Assembly (NCBI GenBank): GCA_030429765.1
Contig: JAUIER010000021.1
Location: 1,619-65,618, forward strand
Source: a bacterium
Lineage (GTDB): Bacteria; Omnitrophota; Gorgyraeia; Zapsychrales; Zapsychraceae
Direction of reading: 5' to 3'
DNA length: 64,000 nt
A program made the translations under genes and the position numbers. The notes under the pieces were generated by a model. The model saw only the letters and a list, made by a program, of their open reading frames with translations. It did not search any database and was not told the origin of the DNA. This document shows, one piece after another, positions 19,757 through 30,008 of this stretch (position 1 is its first letter; each line of letters starts with the position of its first letter).

Positions 19757-20221
19757 TTATCCAAAACGAAACAGAGTCCGTCCGTATGGAAAAAATGGCC
19801 ATGGGATGGAAACCAGCACGATGAGTAGTGTGAAAATGATACTTAAGGTGAGCCGCCGGCCGATGATTTGCGGATCGCTGGTTCGTTTGGACATCCACCC
19901 CCCGATATGTAAAACAATAAGGGCGATCGACATGGCGAAGAAATGCTCCAGGGCAAAAAATCTGAGGTGAGGATCGGCCATCATATCCACATCCGGCTGT
20001 AATGCCACCTTTACAATCGGACTGTAGAAAAAGTAGAGCAGCAATCCCAAAAGAAACTGAAAATCAAACACACCCAATGTGATGATCCGAAAGAGATGAT
20101 CATGACGGCCCCAGCCGCGTTTTTTCATCCAGCACTGATAGGCCTTTAATCCCAGCATGGCCAACAGGATCAGGACCAGCCAACGCCCCCATGAGTGCAG
20201 CAGCAATATCAGCGAATACAT
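19757..20221 (-). CDS. hypothetical His-rich 4-TM membrane protein (possibly cytochrome b561-like)
   Basis: Start moved to M19 to remove the overlap with the upstream gene. Conserved His residues in helices. Confidence 0.35.
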   Translation of the reverse strand: MYSLILLLHSWGRWLVLILLAMLGLKAYQCWMKKRGWGRHDHLFRIITLGVFDFQFLLGLLLYFFYSPIVKVALQPDVDMMADPHLRFFALEHFFAMSIALIVLHIGGWMSKRTSDPQIIGRRLTLSIIFTLLIVLVSIPWPFFPYGRTLFRFG

Positions 20222-20222
20222 G

Positions 20223-20840
20223 CTAGCCTTCGTCTCCGTCGATGGTTCCCAAATATCCCATGAATCCAAAGACACCGAACAGCAAGGTGCAGAGCGCCCC
20301 GATGACCATGACGGTATTGCTGAGAAAGCCGAGGATCGTATACATCAATCGTCCGGATGGCCGGTACATCCATCCCATGTTATCAATCTCTTTAATACGG
20401 TCGATGTTCCACTGGTATTCTTCAGCGACCCGCGGCCATTCGTGACGCGGCGTCAGCTGAATAAAATCCTGTACCGTATCCGTACCGATATCCCATAATC
20501 TGTCCCGGACCACCTGCATTTCATCATAAATGCGGTTTCGCTCGGTTCGCCCGGACTCACCATCCGGCTGTGCGTCGATTTGCTTTTCAAATTCACGAAT
20601 CTGAGCCTTGAGGTCCTTGACCTCTCTTACTGTATCGATATTCAAATGTCCCCGGTCGCTCATATATTGGTAAATCTTGGATTTGAGCTCAATATTCTTC
20701 TGGACCAATTTGGAGCGCTCCTTACCGATCGTCATCACCTTGCCTTTGGACAATCCGATAACGCCGGCGAGTCCCACCACAAAGATTCCCACACTGATGG
20801 ACGCCATGACAAACCACTCTTTAAAATGTCTGTTCATCAT
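20223..20840 (-). CDS. hypothetical membrane-anchored coiled-coil protein
   Basis: N- and C-terminal TM helices with a charged helical middle. Confidence 0.4.
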   Translation of the reverse strand: MMNRHFKEWFVMASISVGIFVVGLAGVIGLSKGKVMTIGKERSKLVQKNIELKSKIYQYMSDRGHLNIDTVREVKDLKAQIREFEKQIDAQPDGESGRTERNRIYDEMQVVRDRLWDIGTDTVQDFIQLTPRHEWPRVAEEYQWNIDRIKEIDNMGWMYRPSGRLMYTILGFLSNTVMVIGALCTLLFGVFGFMGYLGTIDGDEG

Positions 20841-20882
20841 CGTAAACCTCGATTCCTTTTAGGCCTCTCACCTTTCATTTTA

Positions 20883-22376
20883 TCATGGATTGGGTTTCTG
20901 CCTAGCGTTTAAGATTTCATCACGCCGCTGCAGCGCTTTTTGATAATTGGGCGCGATTTTAACGGCCGCATTTAAGTGCTCTAGCGCCAAGTCGTCACGA
21001 TACAGCTTTTCATAGACAAGTGCAAGATTAAAATGTGCCAGTGCATTATGAGGATTCAGCTGAATTGAACGTCTTAAATCTTCGACGCCTTTAGAAAATG
21101 CTCCTTGACGAATAAACGCATTAGCCCGCTTTAGATATACAAAATCATTGTCGGGAAATCGATGAATGGCATCGCTCCAAAGCGCGATACTATACCGCCA
21201 TACATACGTCCGCTGATGCGTTTGAAACACCAACCCAACTGCGGCAAACAAGGCCAGCCCCAGCATCAACGATCTCGCCCGATGCTGATGCAATTGATTC
21301 CAAACCGCCAGGCCAATCCAGCCGACGGCAATCCACAACCCCAATCCCGGAAAATATATAAACCGCTCATAGATCAGCGAGGCATTCACCTTCACAAGAT
21401 GCAAGGCCGGGGCCATAAGGACGGCAAAGGCAAATAGCCCCCCGCTCACCACCGGCTGACGCCATCGGACAAGCACCCATGTAAAAACAATCAGTCCCAA
21501 CACAAACACAATGGCCATCTCGGTGATTTGGGCGGTGGTCAAAGGCATGATCGACTCGATCGGATAATAAGCACTTAGTCCAAAGGGGGCGAGCACCTTA
21601 ACAGCGTACATCGCCAGGGCATACCCGGACAACAGGACTTTTTCGACCACACCTATCCCCGGCAGATCCGGCCAAACCTGATTGGCTGAAACAATCGTCA
21701 CACCACCTATCATCAACGCGATAATCAAAAATGGCAGCATACGTTTCAAAGCACGCGCGAGTGACAACTGGTTGATCCAGATCCAGTAGCCGCCGATAAC
21801 GAACGGCAATGTGAGGGCCATGGGTTTACACAGCAACGAGGCTAAGAAGGCTATCAGTGCACCGACGTAATAAGGATTCATGGATGAGCGTTCTTTTCGT
21901 CCCGTCCCCTCTTCAACCCATAAAAGATTCAGGGCCAACAAAGCAAACATCGCGGCCAACAGATCCTTACGGGAAGAGATCCAGGCTACAGACTCGACTT
22001 GTAACGGATGAATGGCAAAAAGAAGTGTTGCTATCCACACCACCCCCTCCGCTAATCGCAAACGCGTGAGCAAAACAAAAACCCCGACGATATTCATGAT
22101 GTGCAGCAGGAGATTGACCGCATGGAAACCCGTGGGGTGCCCGCGGAACAAATGGGCATCGATCCCGAGGGAGATCATCGTCAAGGGATAGTATCGGCCT
22201 TCCACCGGTTGTGTGAAGACCTGCCCGACAGATTTGAGTGTCAAGGACTGAACCAGCGGATTCCGAAGGATGAATAAGTCATCATCCCAATTGACGAATC
22301 CGTGCTGCAGCACAGGGAGATAGATAATTATTGTAAGGAAACAAATGGAAAAAAGGATGGATAGGCGCGGCTTCAT
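20883..22376 (-). CDS. TMTC/PMT-like polytopic membrane protein with C-terminal TPR repeats (putative protein O-mannosyltransferase, DUF1736-type)
   Basis: About 11 TM helices, a HPLQVESVAWISSRKD motif, and C-terminal TPR repeats. Confidence 0.55.
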   Translation of the reverse strand: MKPRLSILFSICFLTIIIYLPVLQHGFVNWDDDLFILRNPLVQSLTLKSVGQVFTQPVEGRYYPLTMISLGIDAHLFRGHPTGFHAVNLLLHIMNIVGVFVLLTRLRLAEGVVWIATLLFAIHPLQVESVAWISSRKDLLAAMFALLALNLLWVEEGTGRKERSSMNPYYVGALIAFLASLLCKPMALTLPFVIGGYWIWINQLSLARALKRMLPFLIIALMIGGVTIVSANQVWPDLPGIGVVEKVLLSGYALAMYAVKVLAPFGLSAYYPIESIMPLTTAQITEMAIVFVLGLIVFTWVLVRWRQPVVSGGLFAFAVLMAPALHLVKVNASLIYERFIYFPGLGLWIAVGWIGLAVWNQLHQHRARSLMLGLALFAAVGLVFQTHQRTYVWRYSIALWSDAIHRFPDNDFVYLKRANAFIRQGAFSKGVEDLRRSIQLNPHNALAHFNLALVYEKLYRDDLALEHLNAAVKIAPNYQKALQRRDEILNARQKPNP

Positions 22377-22419
22377 GTCTGAACGTCACCTTTTGAAACT
22401 GCCGTTGGATTGATCTCAA

Positions 22420-22776
22420 TCAACCGAATTTTTCCTGTAGAAAGGCGTTGATATCGTTGGATTCATACATCCATTGGTCTTGACCGTCGGACGTGATCCT
22501 CAAGCACGGGACTTTGCGTTTGCCGCCCCCGTCCACTAACTGCTTCGCGATGTCCGGCTGCCGGGCGTCACGAAGCTCAATATTGAGGCCCAACCGTCGG
22601 ATCTGCCGCCGAACCTTAACGCAGAACGGACAGGTATGAAATTGATATAATGACATATGACGCGTTTGATCATCAACTTCAGCCTGTTCCGCTGCAGAAC
22701 GCGTCATCGGCCGCGGCCGGGTCAACGCGTCCCACGCGAGTATCATAGCTCCTAAAATGGCTCGGATGAATTTCAT
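22420..22776 (-). CDS. glutaredoxin-family protein (CPFC active site)
   Basis: FHTCPFCVKV thioredoxin-fold motif. Confidence 0.6.
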   Translation of the reverse strand: MKFIRAILGAMILAWDALTRPRPMTRSAAEQAEVDDQTRHMSLYQFHTCPFCVKVRRQIRRLGLNIELRDARQPDIAKQLVDGGGKRKVPCLRITSDGQDQWMYESNDINAFLQEKFG

Positions 22777-22785
22777 CGATGCTCC

Positions 22786-23130
22786 CTAATGACCGTATTT
22801 TTCCGCGCATTGAATGCACATGACTGATTCCGGCAGGGCCTTCAGCCGCTCGATACCGATTGTTCCCTTGCAATAATGGCAGATGCCGAAGGTTCCGTCG
22901 TCGAGTTTTTTAAGGCCCTCTTCGAGTTTGAGGATATTGCTGCGGGCGGTCTTGAGATTGGCCTCCTGCATCTTCTGGATCTGGATGGCGTCCATACGCG
23001 TTAAGCGTCCCAACGAGACGTCCGGTTCGACAGGTTTGGAGGTCTCCTCTAGACTGGCCAAGTTCGACTTGATCTCTGCGATCCGTGCTTCGATCGCTGA
23101 CTTGAGCTCTGCTTTGTCTTCTGGCGTCAT
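22786..23130 (-). CDS. DksA/TraR-family C4 zinc-finger protein
   Basis: Coiled-coil N-terminus and CHYC...CIQC zinc finger. Confidence 0.7.
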   Translation of the reverse strand: MTPEDKAELKSAIEARIAEIKSNLASLEETSKPVEPDVSLGRLTRMDAIQIQKMQEANLKTARSNILKLEEGLKKLDDGTFGICHYCKGTIGIERLKALPESVMCIQCAEKYGH

Positions 23131-23138
23131 TTTCTCAA

Positions 23139-23480
23139 TTAGCCTTGAAACATTTTAAATAGGTATGTGTGAATCAAATATCCCGCCGCCAACAAGGCCG
23201 TTCCCATGAGGAATGATGCGACAAAATTTAGCTTCAGCCATTTGTGACAGATAAACGGAATAAAAAACAACATCGACAGCGGAACCGCCGCGACTATCGA
23301 TGTGGTAAACTTGTTGATTTTAAGCATATCCTGATGTTCAACATATGCGAACAGGATAGCGATCATAGAGGTCAGTGGTAACGCAATGATAAACCCGGCA
23401 AGCACCGGTTTACGGCCTGCAACCGATGACGCCAGCGCGATCAGGACAGCCGCCACTAAAATTTTGACAACGAAAAGCAT
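23139..23480 (-). CDS. small hypothetical 4-TM membrane protein
   Basis: Hydropathy. Confidence 0.35.
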   Translation of the reverse strand: MLFVVKILVAAVLIALASSVAGRKPVLAGFIIALPLTSMIAILFAYVEHQDMLKINKFTTSIVAAVPLSMLFFIPFICHKWLKLNFVASFLMGTALLAAGYLIHTYLFKMFQG

Positions 23481-23591
23481 AGATCCGAACCTCTTGAAAG
23501 ATACTCTATCACAGATCGGAACGTTGCCCTAGACAAGATTACATAAATGTAACATCCAGGAATTAGATTTGCGGTAGATGGCAATCGGCGA

Positions 23592-23831
23592 TTATTTCTT
23601 GTGACGAAATGTGATCCGCCCCTTGCCCAGGTCGTACGGAGACAGGGCGACGGTAACCTTATCGCCCGGCAGAATTTTGATGAAGAATTTTCGAAGCTTG
23701 CCAGCCGGATACGCCGTCACCATGTGTCCGCCGTGGATCTCCACGGAAAACTTGGCATTGGATAATGCCTTGGTGACCACACCTTCGACTTCAATCGCTT
23801 CTTCTTTTGATGATGCTTCTTCTTTAGCCAT
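23592..23831 (-). CDS. infA: translation initiation factor IF-1
   Basis: The translation from the ATG at 23831 matches the IF-1 S1 fold ([62 protein letters not shown]). The track ORF is over-extended at its N-terminus. Confidence 0.85.
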   Translation of the reverse strand: MAKEEASSKEEAIEVEGVVTKALSNAKFSVEIHGGHMVTAYPAGKLRKFFIKILPGDKVTVALSPYDLGKGRITFRHKK

Positions 23832-24147
23832 AAAAAGTTGTGTCCTTTGTTCGTTAAGTAAATTCGTTGACACCCGCCAATGGGTTGTATGTCCTGCAAA
23901 CCAACATCGCTGAGCGCCTGTATCTGCAATTATGAGCAATATTGAGCCAAATGTCAATTTTTGTTCACACAAGCTGTCCGGCAGAACGGAATATCCGCCT
24001 GACATCAAAGTCATTAATATAACACGGGTTGCCTAAAGTGCAACCCCTGGTTACAGGAATTGTTGTTCTGCAAGTTGGGCCTCAAAAATGCCACAGAATA
24101 GATTTTGGGTTTGCAAAATATCTCTAAGGCAGTATGATAGTAGTTCT

Positions 24148-26316
24148 ATGCCGAAAACAAAGCCCACAAAAATTATCACGGTGGCCAATCGGCTGCCGGT
24201 CACGATCTCCGACACGATCCGTAAATCCCCGGGTGGACTGGTTTCTGCCCTGGACGGTGTTAAAGAGGAGTTTCAGCTGCATTGGATCGGCTGGCCCGGG
24301 ATTGTCACCGATAATCCCAAGCGTCAAAAAGAGATCCGCCACCAATTAAGCAAATACGACTTCTCGCCTGTGTTCCTCTCCGAGAATGAAGTTGATGATT
24401 ATTATCAGGGCTATTCCAATTCGGCCCTCTGGCCGGCCTTTCATTATTTTCCGCATTATGTCCGCGTGGAAGATAACTGGTGGAAATCTTATCAGGAGGT
24501 CAATCGAAAATTTGCCGAGCGCATTATCAAAGAGGCTCAACCCGAAGACCTGATCTGGGTGCATGATTACCACCTGATGCTGGTACCCGGCTATGTCAAG
24601 AAGGTCCGACCGGAGCTCAAGATCGGATTCTTTCTACATACCCCCTTTCCTTCATATGAAATCTTCCGCTGCCTTCCGCATCGCAAAGAGATTCTCGAAG
24701 GTGTCATCCGAGCCGACTTGATCGGATTTCATACCTATGGTTACCTCAGGCATTTTCGCAGTTCATTGATACGACTGCTTAACATCGAGGCCGAGATGGA
24801 TGGATTCGGCCTGGATAACAAGCGCACATCGATGGGCGTCTTTCCAATCGGTATCAATGCCAAGTCATTTGTAGAAGGCATCAAAACGCCTGAATGCAAG
24901 AAGCATCTCAAACAGCTCAAGCAAACTTATAAGGGCCGCAAGATCGTCTTGAGTGTGGAACGGCTGGACTACACCAAGGGAGTGATTCGCCGTCTGCGCG
25001 CCATCGAAAAGTTTTTGCAGCGCCGCCCCAAGCATGATGATGTTGTGTTTATATTTATCAGTGTTCCATCACGAGATGTTGTCAAGGAGTACACCCAGCT
25101 GCGGGAAGACATCTCCAGCATGATCGGACGCATCAATGGGGCCTTTTCGGACATTCATCACACGCCGATCCATTTTATACATCGTTCGGTTGAGTTCTCC
25201 GAGCTTTGCGCGTTGTATTCAGCCGCGAGCGTTGCCTTTGTCACGCCGTTAATCGACGGGATGAATCTGGTGGCCAAGGAGTATCTGGCCTGCCACAAGG
25301 ATGGTAAGGGATCGTTGATCTTAAGCGAGTTTGCCGGCGCCGCGCATGAACTGTACGACGCGATCATCGTAAATCCGTACGATATCGAATCGATGGTCTC
25401 AGGATTAGAACGGGCCGTTGATACTGAGAGTCATGATCAGCACCGCTCGTCGATCATGCGTCAGCATATCTTGGAATATGATTCGCAGAATTGGGCGCGC
25501 GCCTTCATCCGCAGTCTGGTGCACACGCCGGATTACCGCTCACCTTCATCTCAAACCAATGAATCTCTGAAACGGATGGTCCAATCGGTCCGAAAGGCCA
25601 AGTCTGCCGCCGTCTTTCTGGACTATGACGGCACCTTACGTGAGTTCGAGCGCTATCCCCGTCATGCCAAACCTACACAGGATATTCTCAAACTGCTCAA
25701 AAAACTTGCGTCCAAATTTGATGTATATATCCTCAGCGGACGAAAATCCGAGGATCTCCAGGAATGGATGGGACAACTGCCGATCACATTAATCAGTGAA
25801 CACGGCTATCAGATTCGCTTCGCGGGACACGAAAAATGGAAACGCATGCAGAAATCTTTAAATCTCTCATGGAAACAACAGATCCTCGAGATCCTGGAAC
25901 GCTATGTCGCGACGACGCCCGGTAGCTTTATCGAAGATAAAAATTGCGCGATTGTCTGGCATTATAAACGATCTGACCCGGAATTCGGCGCGTGGAAATC
26001 TCAGCTTCTGCTCGGCATGCTTTCCGAAATGACCGGCAACCTCCCGGTGGAAGTCCATCAGGGCCACTTCACTATTCAGATCAGCGCGGTGCAGGTCAGT
26101 AAAGGCGCGGCGATTCAGCAGTGTCTGAGTAAAAAGAACTACGATATGATCCTCTGTGCCGGTGACGATCAGACCGACGAGAATATGTTCCGGGTTGACC
26201 ATCCGGCCTTGCAATCGATCAAGGTGGGTGACGGTGAGACCGCCGCCGCCTTCCAGGTCAAGGATCCGTCAGCCCTGCGGTCACTGCTCAACAAACTGGC
26301 GGCACCGGCAAAATAG
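24148..26316 (+). CDS. bifunctional trehalose-6-phosphate synthase / trehalose-6-phosphate phosphatase (OtsA-OtsB fusion)
   Basis: N-terminal GT20 domain (LPV...LVSAL...HW.GW) and C-terminal HAD phosphatase domain (VFLDYDGTL ... GDDQTDE). Confidence 0.8.
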   Translation: MPKTKPTKIITVANRLPVTISDTIRKSPGGLVSALDGVKEEFQLHWIGWPGIVTDNPKRQKEIRHQLSKYDFSPVFLSENEVDDYYQGYSNSALWPAFHYFPHYVRVEDNWWKSYQEVNRKFAERIIKEAQPEDLIWVHDYHLMLVPGYVKKVRPELKIGFFLHTPFPSYEIFRCLPHRKEILEGVIRADLIGFHTYGYLRHFRSSLIRLLNIEAEMDGFGLDNKRTSMGVFPIGINAKSFVEGIKTPECKKHLKQLKQTYKGRKIVLSVERLDYTKGVIRRLRAIEKFLQRRPKHDDVVFIFISVPSRDVVKEYTQLREDISSMIGRINGAFSDIHHTPIHFIHRSVEFSELCALYSAASVAFVTPLIDGMNLVAKEYLACHKDGKGSLILSEFAGAAHELYDAIIVNPYDIESMVSGLERAVDTESHDQHRSSIMRQHILEYDSQNWARAFIRSLVHTPDYRSPSSQTNESLKRMVQSVRKAKSAAVFLDYDGTLREFERYPRHAKPTQDILKLLKKLASKFDVYILSGRKSEDLQEWMGQLPITLISEHGYQIRFAGHEKWKRMQKSLNLSWKQQILEILERYVATTPGSFIEDKNCAIVWHYKRSDPEFGAWKSQLLLGMLSEMTGNLPVEVHQGHFTIQISAVQVSKGAAIQQCLSKKNYDMILCAGDDQTDENMFRVDHPALQSIKVGDGETAAAFQVKDPSALRSLLNKLAAPAK

Positions 26317-26324
26317 GCAATCCG

Positions 26325-26720
26325 ATGCATCAGCTCAAACTCAAAACCACTCAACGCGATCAAATTATCGACATCTCGCCGCAATGCGCCGACTTTGTCG
26401 CCTCACAGGATCTAACGGAAGGGATCTTACTCGTCTACTGCCCGCACACCACCGCGGCAATATCCGTCAATGAAAACTATGATCCCGATGTCAAATCTGA
26501 CATGTTGCGATTCATGCGGGACTTGATCCCCCAAAATGCCGGATTTGATCACGCAGAGGGCAACAGCGACTCTCACATCAAAGCCGGTCTCTTCAATTTC
26601 TCACAGGCATTCATTGTTGCCGATGGCAAGATTCAATTAGGGCAATGGCAAGGCGTCTACTTTATGGAATTCGACGGCCCCCGACACCGAACGGTGTGGC
26701 TGAAAGGTATGGCGGGTTGA
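26325..26720 (+). CDS. YjbQ/UPF0047 family protein (secondary thiamine-phosphate synthase)
   Basis: CPHTTAAISVNENYDPDV signature. Confidence 0.7.
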   Translation: MHQLKLKTTQRDQIIDISPQCADFVASQDLTEGILLVYCPHTTAAISVNENYDPDVKSDMLRFMRDLIPQNAGFDHAEGNSDSHIKAGLFNFSQAFIVADGKIQLGQWQGVYFMEFDGPRHRTVWLKGMAG

Positions 26721-27332
26721 TTATTTACCTTTAAGCTGCTTGCGAATGGTTTTGACCATAAAGCGCACATCATCATCCGGCCAGAACAGGTCCTTGACCA
26801 ATCCATCCGCTCCAATTAAATAAATATATGAGGTATGATCAATCAGATATCCCAGCGCGGATTCCGTCCGCACTTTTTCATACCACGCCTTGTAAGACTT
26901 GACCACCGAATCAACATCTTCCTGTGTGCCGGTCAATCCAATACCGTTGACCTTGAAGTAATTCAGGTATTCCCGGATTTTCTCGACGGTATCACGCTCT
27001 GTATCCACGGAGACAAATACGGTGATCACTTGTTCCCGTTCAGCCTCGCTCAATTGACTGTACACGCGGCTGACACGCGACAAGGTGAGTGGGCACACAT
27101 CCGGACACGAAAGATAACCGAAGAATAATAGCACCAGCTTGCCTCGGACATCTTTAAGCTCAAAGGTCTCGCCGTTCTGATCCGTTAACGTAAAATTGGC
27201 GCTGGGATTAAACGTTGACAGATCCTTCCCTCCCGGCCCGGTGCCGGCTGCGACCGGTTGGCCCATGAGACACCCAGCAAGCGCCACACTCAAGATCCAG
27301 ACTAACGAATGGTTTTTAAATTTCATCATCAT
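26721..27332 (-). CDS. SCO1/SenC copper chaperone (thioredoxin-like, CxxxC)
   Basis: Signal peptide and a CPDVCP motif. The start was reassigned to the ATG cluster directly after AAGGAG. Confidence 0.8.
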   Translation of the reverse strand: MMMKFKNHSLVWILSVALAGCLMGQPVAAGTGPGGKDLSTFNPSANFTLTDQNGETFELKDVRGKLVLLFFGYLSCPDVCPLTLSRVSRVYSQLSEAEREQVITVFVSVDTERDTVEKIREYLNYFKVNGIGLTGTQEDVDSVVKSYKAWYEKVRTESALGYLIDHTSYIYLIGADGLVKDLFWPDDDVRFMVKTIRKQLKGK

Positions 27333-27336
27333 CTCC

Positions 27337-27864
27337 TTAATGACTACCCTTATGACTCCCTTTGTGACTGCCCTTGTGGCTGCCTTTATGACTGCCCTTG
27401 TCGTCCGCATCCATATCCATGGGATGCTTTACAATCGCCCGGGTATGATAGCGGTCACCGTTAGCCAATACCAGGGAGATGTTGACGTGACCGTCCGTTT
27501 GCAGCTCTCGGGTTAATCCGATCAGCATCACATGCAGACCGCCTGGTTCAAACAAGACCGTCTCGCCGGGATTAATCTCTATTGAAGGCAATTGCGCCAT
27601 ACGCATGACACCATCAACGGTTTCCATGGTATGGAGTTCGACATGTTCCGCGACGGAACTCTCGGCCGCGACGATTGTGATCATTCGCTCGCTCATGTTG
27701 GTGACATCCATGTAGGCCGCGGTGTTCATCACCGACGGCGGCATTCCTTTCACCCAGGCGTTGTCAATCCGGATCTCCGGATCGTGGGCCACCCCGGGGC
27801 GCGTAACGATCAGCATGGTCGTAATGGCGGCTATAAAGGCTACACATACTCTTGATTTAATCAT
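27337..27864 (-). CDS. periplasmic copper chaperone PCu(A)C (DUF461), with a C-terminal (GSHK)5 His-rich tail
   Basis: Signal peptide, His/Met copper-site pattern, and a tandem GSHKGSHKGSHKGSHKGSH C-terminus. Confidence 0.7.
   Translation of the reverse strand: MIKSRVCVAFIAAITTMLIVTRPGVAHDPEIRIDNAWVKGMPPSVMNTAAYMDVTNMSERMITIVAAESSVAEHVELHTMETVDGVMRMAQLPSIEINPGETVLFEPGGLHVMLIGLTRELQTDGHVNISLVLANGDRYHTRAIVKHPMDMDADDKGSHKGSHKGSHKGSHKGSH
27340..27399 (-). repeat. tandem 12-nt coding repeat encoding (Gly-Ser-His-Lys)n at the 3' end of the PCuAC gene
   Basis: Five consecutive GSHK units in the translation; the DNA repeats an atgact/gtgact-ccctt periodicity. Confidence 0.7.
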
Positions 27865-28286
27865 GGTGACGACTCCTTTGATTGATCAGATTTTTGAAGG
27901 GATTCCAGATATTTAGCAATGGCATTGAGTTCGTTGGTTGGCAGATGATCATACTTGGGCATCGCGCTGCCCTGCCGGCGAATTCCATTTTTAATCGACT
28001 GACGGATAGCCGGCGCCGTGTTCCCTTGTAAATACGCGTTTGGATCGTGCAAGTTGATCGGCCGCGGATAAAAACGTTCCGCGGTCAGCCCGTCGCCCCG
28101 TCCTTCTTTGCCGTGACAAACCGCGCAACCATGCATCAAGTAGTACTCACGACCTTCCTCGATTAACTTGAGATCTCTTGCTGATACAACATCGGGGTCC
28201 GCGGAATTATTCCCGCATCCTGTGCTGAGTAAGAGTCCGGCGGTGAGGACTCCGATCGACATAAGAAAGACAACATGCTTTGCCAT
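27861..28286 (-). CDS. monohaem c-type cytochrome lipoprotein
   Basis: Lipobox LLSTGC and a CAVCHG motif; stop overlaps the PCuAC start. Confidence 0.75.
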   Translation of the reverse strand: MAKHVVFLMSIGVLTAGLLLSTGCGNNSADPDVVSARDLKLIEEGREYYLMHGCAVCHGKEGRGDGLTAERFYPRPINLHDPNAYLQGNTAPAIRQSIKNGIRRQGSAMPKYDHLPTNELNAIAKYLESLQKSDQSKESSP

Positions 28287-28373
28287 AGGTCTGGTTTGTA
28301 TGAATAGGTTCGACGGGTAAGAATAAGCTAGTATTTTAAGCGATTTTCAGGAAAAGTAAAGGTCGGCGTAGAC

Positions 28374-28691
28374 CTATGGAGTTTTGTGCCCCCAGAATCC
28401 GTCGCATTTGGAGACCGTGACATCGCCTAGCACACAACATTGACAGGCCAGCCTGAGCGGGGAACCCGATTTATGCGGAGGAAAGCCTAATCGCCAATGC
28501 TCCATGGCTGTCTTATCCGTTACTTGACCCTTGATAAGAACCGCGCACGTGCCGCAGCTGCCGAATCCCCGGCAGTTGATCCAGCGGGCCTTGCCGTTAT
28601 AAGGAGAGAGTCCATGTCTGAGCAGGGCGCGCCGCAGGTTTTCGCCATGGGCCACTTGAATTTGGGTTGATCCGAAACTTATGACGGGCAT
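28374..28691 (-). CDS. 2Fe-2S ferredoxin-like protein
   Basis: CRGFGSCGTCAV ... LACQC cysteine pattern. Confidence 0.6.
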   Translation of the reverse strand: MPVISFGSTQIQVAHGENLRRALLRHGLSPYNGKARWINCRGFGSCGTCAVLIKGQVTDKTAMEHWRLGFPPHKSGSPLRLACQCCVLGDVTVSKCDGFWGHKTP

Positions 28692-28700
28692 GAGAGATCC

Positions 28701-29078
28701 TTACGCATCATCCGCCTGCCACACATTCGCCTTGAGATCTTCAAGTCGAATAATGTTTAATGCGGATGCATCCGTCGCCTCTAAAATAACCTTGGGCGCC
28801 GCGCCGAATTCAAAGGCCTGCTGCCAACGGGCCGCGCACAGACACCACTGATCTCCGGGAATGAGTCCCGGAAAATCATATTCCGGACGGGGTGTTGACA
28901 GATCATTGCCCGCCGCCTTGGTGAATTCCAAAAATGCCTGCGTTAACCGGACACACACGGTGTGCTGCCCGAAATCTTCCGGACCGGTCCGGCAGTATCC
29001 GTCACGGTAAAAACCGGTCATCGGAAATTTACAGCAAGGTTGGAGCGCTGTCCCCAGGACATTGATAGGTGTGTTCAT
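28701..29078 (-). CDS. DUF2237 family protein
   Basis: N-terminal LGTALQPCC...GFYRDGYCRTGPED motif. Confidence 0.5.
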   Translation of the reverse strand: MNTPINVLGTALQPCCKFPMTGFYRDGYCRTGPEDFGQHTVCVRLTQAFLEFTKAAGNDLSTPRPEYDFPGLIPGDQWCLCAARWQQAFEFGAAPKVILEATDASALNIIRLEDLKANVWQADDA

Positions 29079-29097
29079 AAAATCCTTTAGATGAAAA

Positions 29098-29475
29098 TTA
29101 CAGGTTGGAAAAAATATCGATTTGATTACCGTCAGGATCCAGAAGGCAGGCATAGCGCTGCCCCCAAAACGCGTCCCATGGCGCGCGCAGTCCGGTAAAA
29201 CCGGCGGCGGTGATTTGATCGTACAACTGATTGACGACCGACGGTGATTCCTGTTTGAACGCCAGCACCAATCCGTTGCCGGGCTTGGGCGACCAGTCGG
29301 GATTGAACTTTTGGGTCAACTCCACGCTGTCCAGCATGATTCGCACACCGCTTGGGGTGGTCCCTTCATAATGCCCCTCTCCGGACTGTTCAGTTAAATC
29401 TACGCCCAGAAATCCATAAAATAATTGTGATTGAGCGGTATCGGCGCTGACGATTCCAATCGCGTCCAGGCTCAT
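29098..29475 (-). CDS. glyoxalase/VOC family protein
   Basis: Paired beta-alpha-beta-beta-beta module length and profile. Confidence 0.5.
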   Translation of the reverse strand: MSLDAIGIVSADTAQSQLFYGFLGVDLTEQSGEGHYEGTTPSGVRIMLDSVELTQKFNPDWSPKPGNGLVLAFKQESPSVVNQLYDQITAAGFTGLRAPWDAFWGQRYACLLDPDGNQIDIFSNL

Positions 29476-29486
29476 AGCAGTCCTTT

Positions 29487-29942
29487 CTAATTGGCAAAGA
29501 TGTCATCCGGATCATACAATCCAAACACATCCGTGGAATATCCACTCTTTGACCAATTCAATGTGTAATTGGTTTTGTCGTTGGTTTCGGGATTTCCATA
29601 GAGAGTGATCTTGGCCCGCCCGTATTCGGTTTGCCCCCTCCTCGGAGAGTAGCCCTTGATATCAATTACCATATAGTATTTTGGAAGGGATCCGGTCATG
29701 TGCGACCAGATATATCCCAGCGGCGGGGCTGTCTTAATGGATGAATACTGCAGACCGTCAATGACCATCTCACGGCGCTTAAGGATTTCCACGCCATGCG
29801 GGTATGGCTTGACAAACATCATCGCCCACTGATGACGCACCGTCATCGAAAAGTAAAAAATCATCAGCACCGCGAGTGCAAACATGATCGCGATAAAGTA
29901 ATACCTGATCAGCCAAGTGTTGATTCCACGGTTGCGGGTCAT
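29487..29942 (-). CDS. hypothetical membrane-anchored protein
   Basis: One N-terminal TM helix. Confidence 0.35.
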   Translation of the reverse strand: MTRNRGINTWLIRYYFIAIMFALAVLMIFYFSMTVRHQWAMMFVKPYPHGVEILKRREMVIDGLQYSSIKTAPPLGYIWSHMTGSLPKYYMVIDIKGYSPRRGQTEYGRAKITLYGNPETNDKTNYTLNWSKSGYSTDVFGLYDPDDIFAN

Positions 29943-30008
29943 ACTTCAATCATAGCCCAATATGCGTGGTTTTGCAATCCGAGCACAAAAAATTTGATTT
30001 CAGCCTGT

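Noticed and set aside
26721-27410. Long N-terminal extension of the SCO1 ORF that overlaps the PCuAC His-rich tail
   Set aside because: An internal ATG cluster directly after AAGGAG gives a signal-peptide start; the extension is the repeat DNA read in another frame
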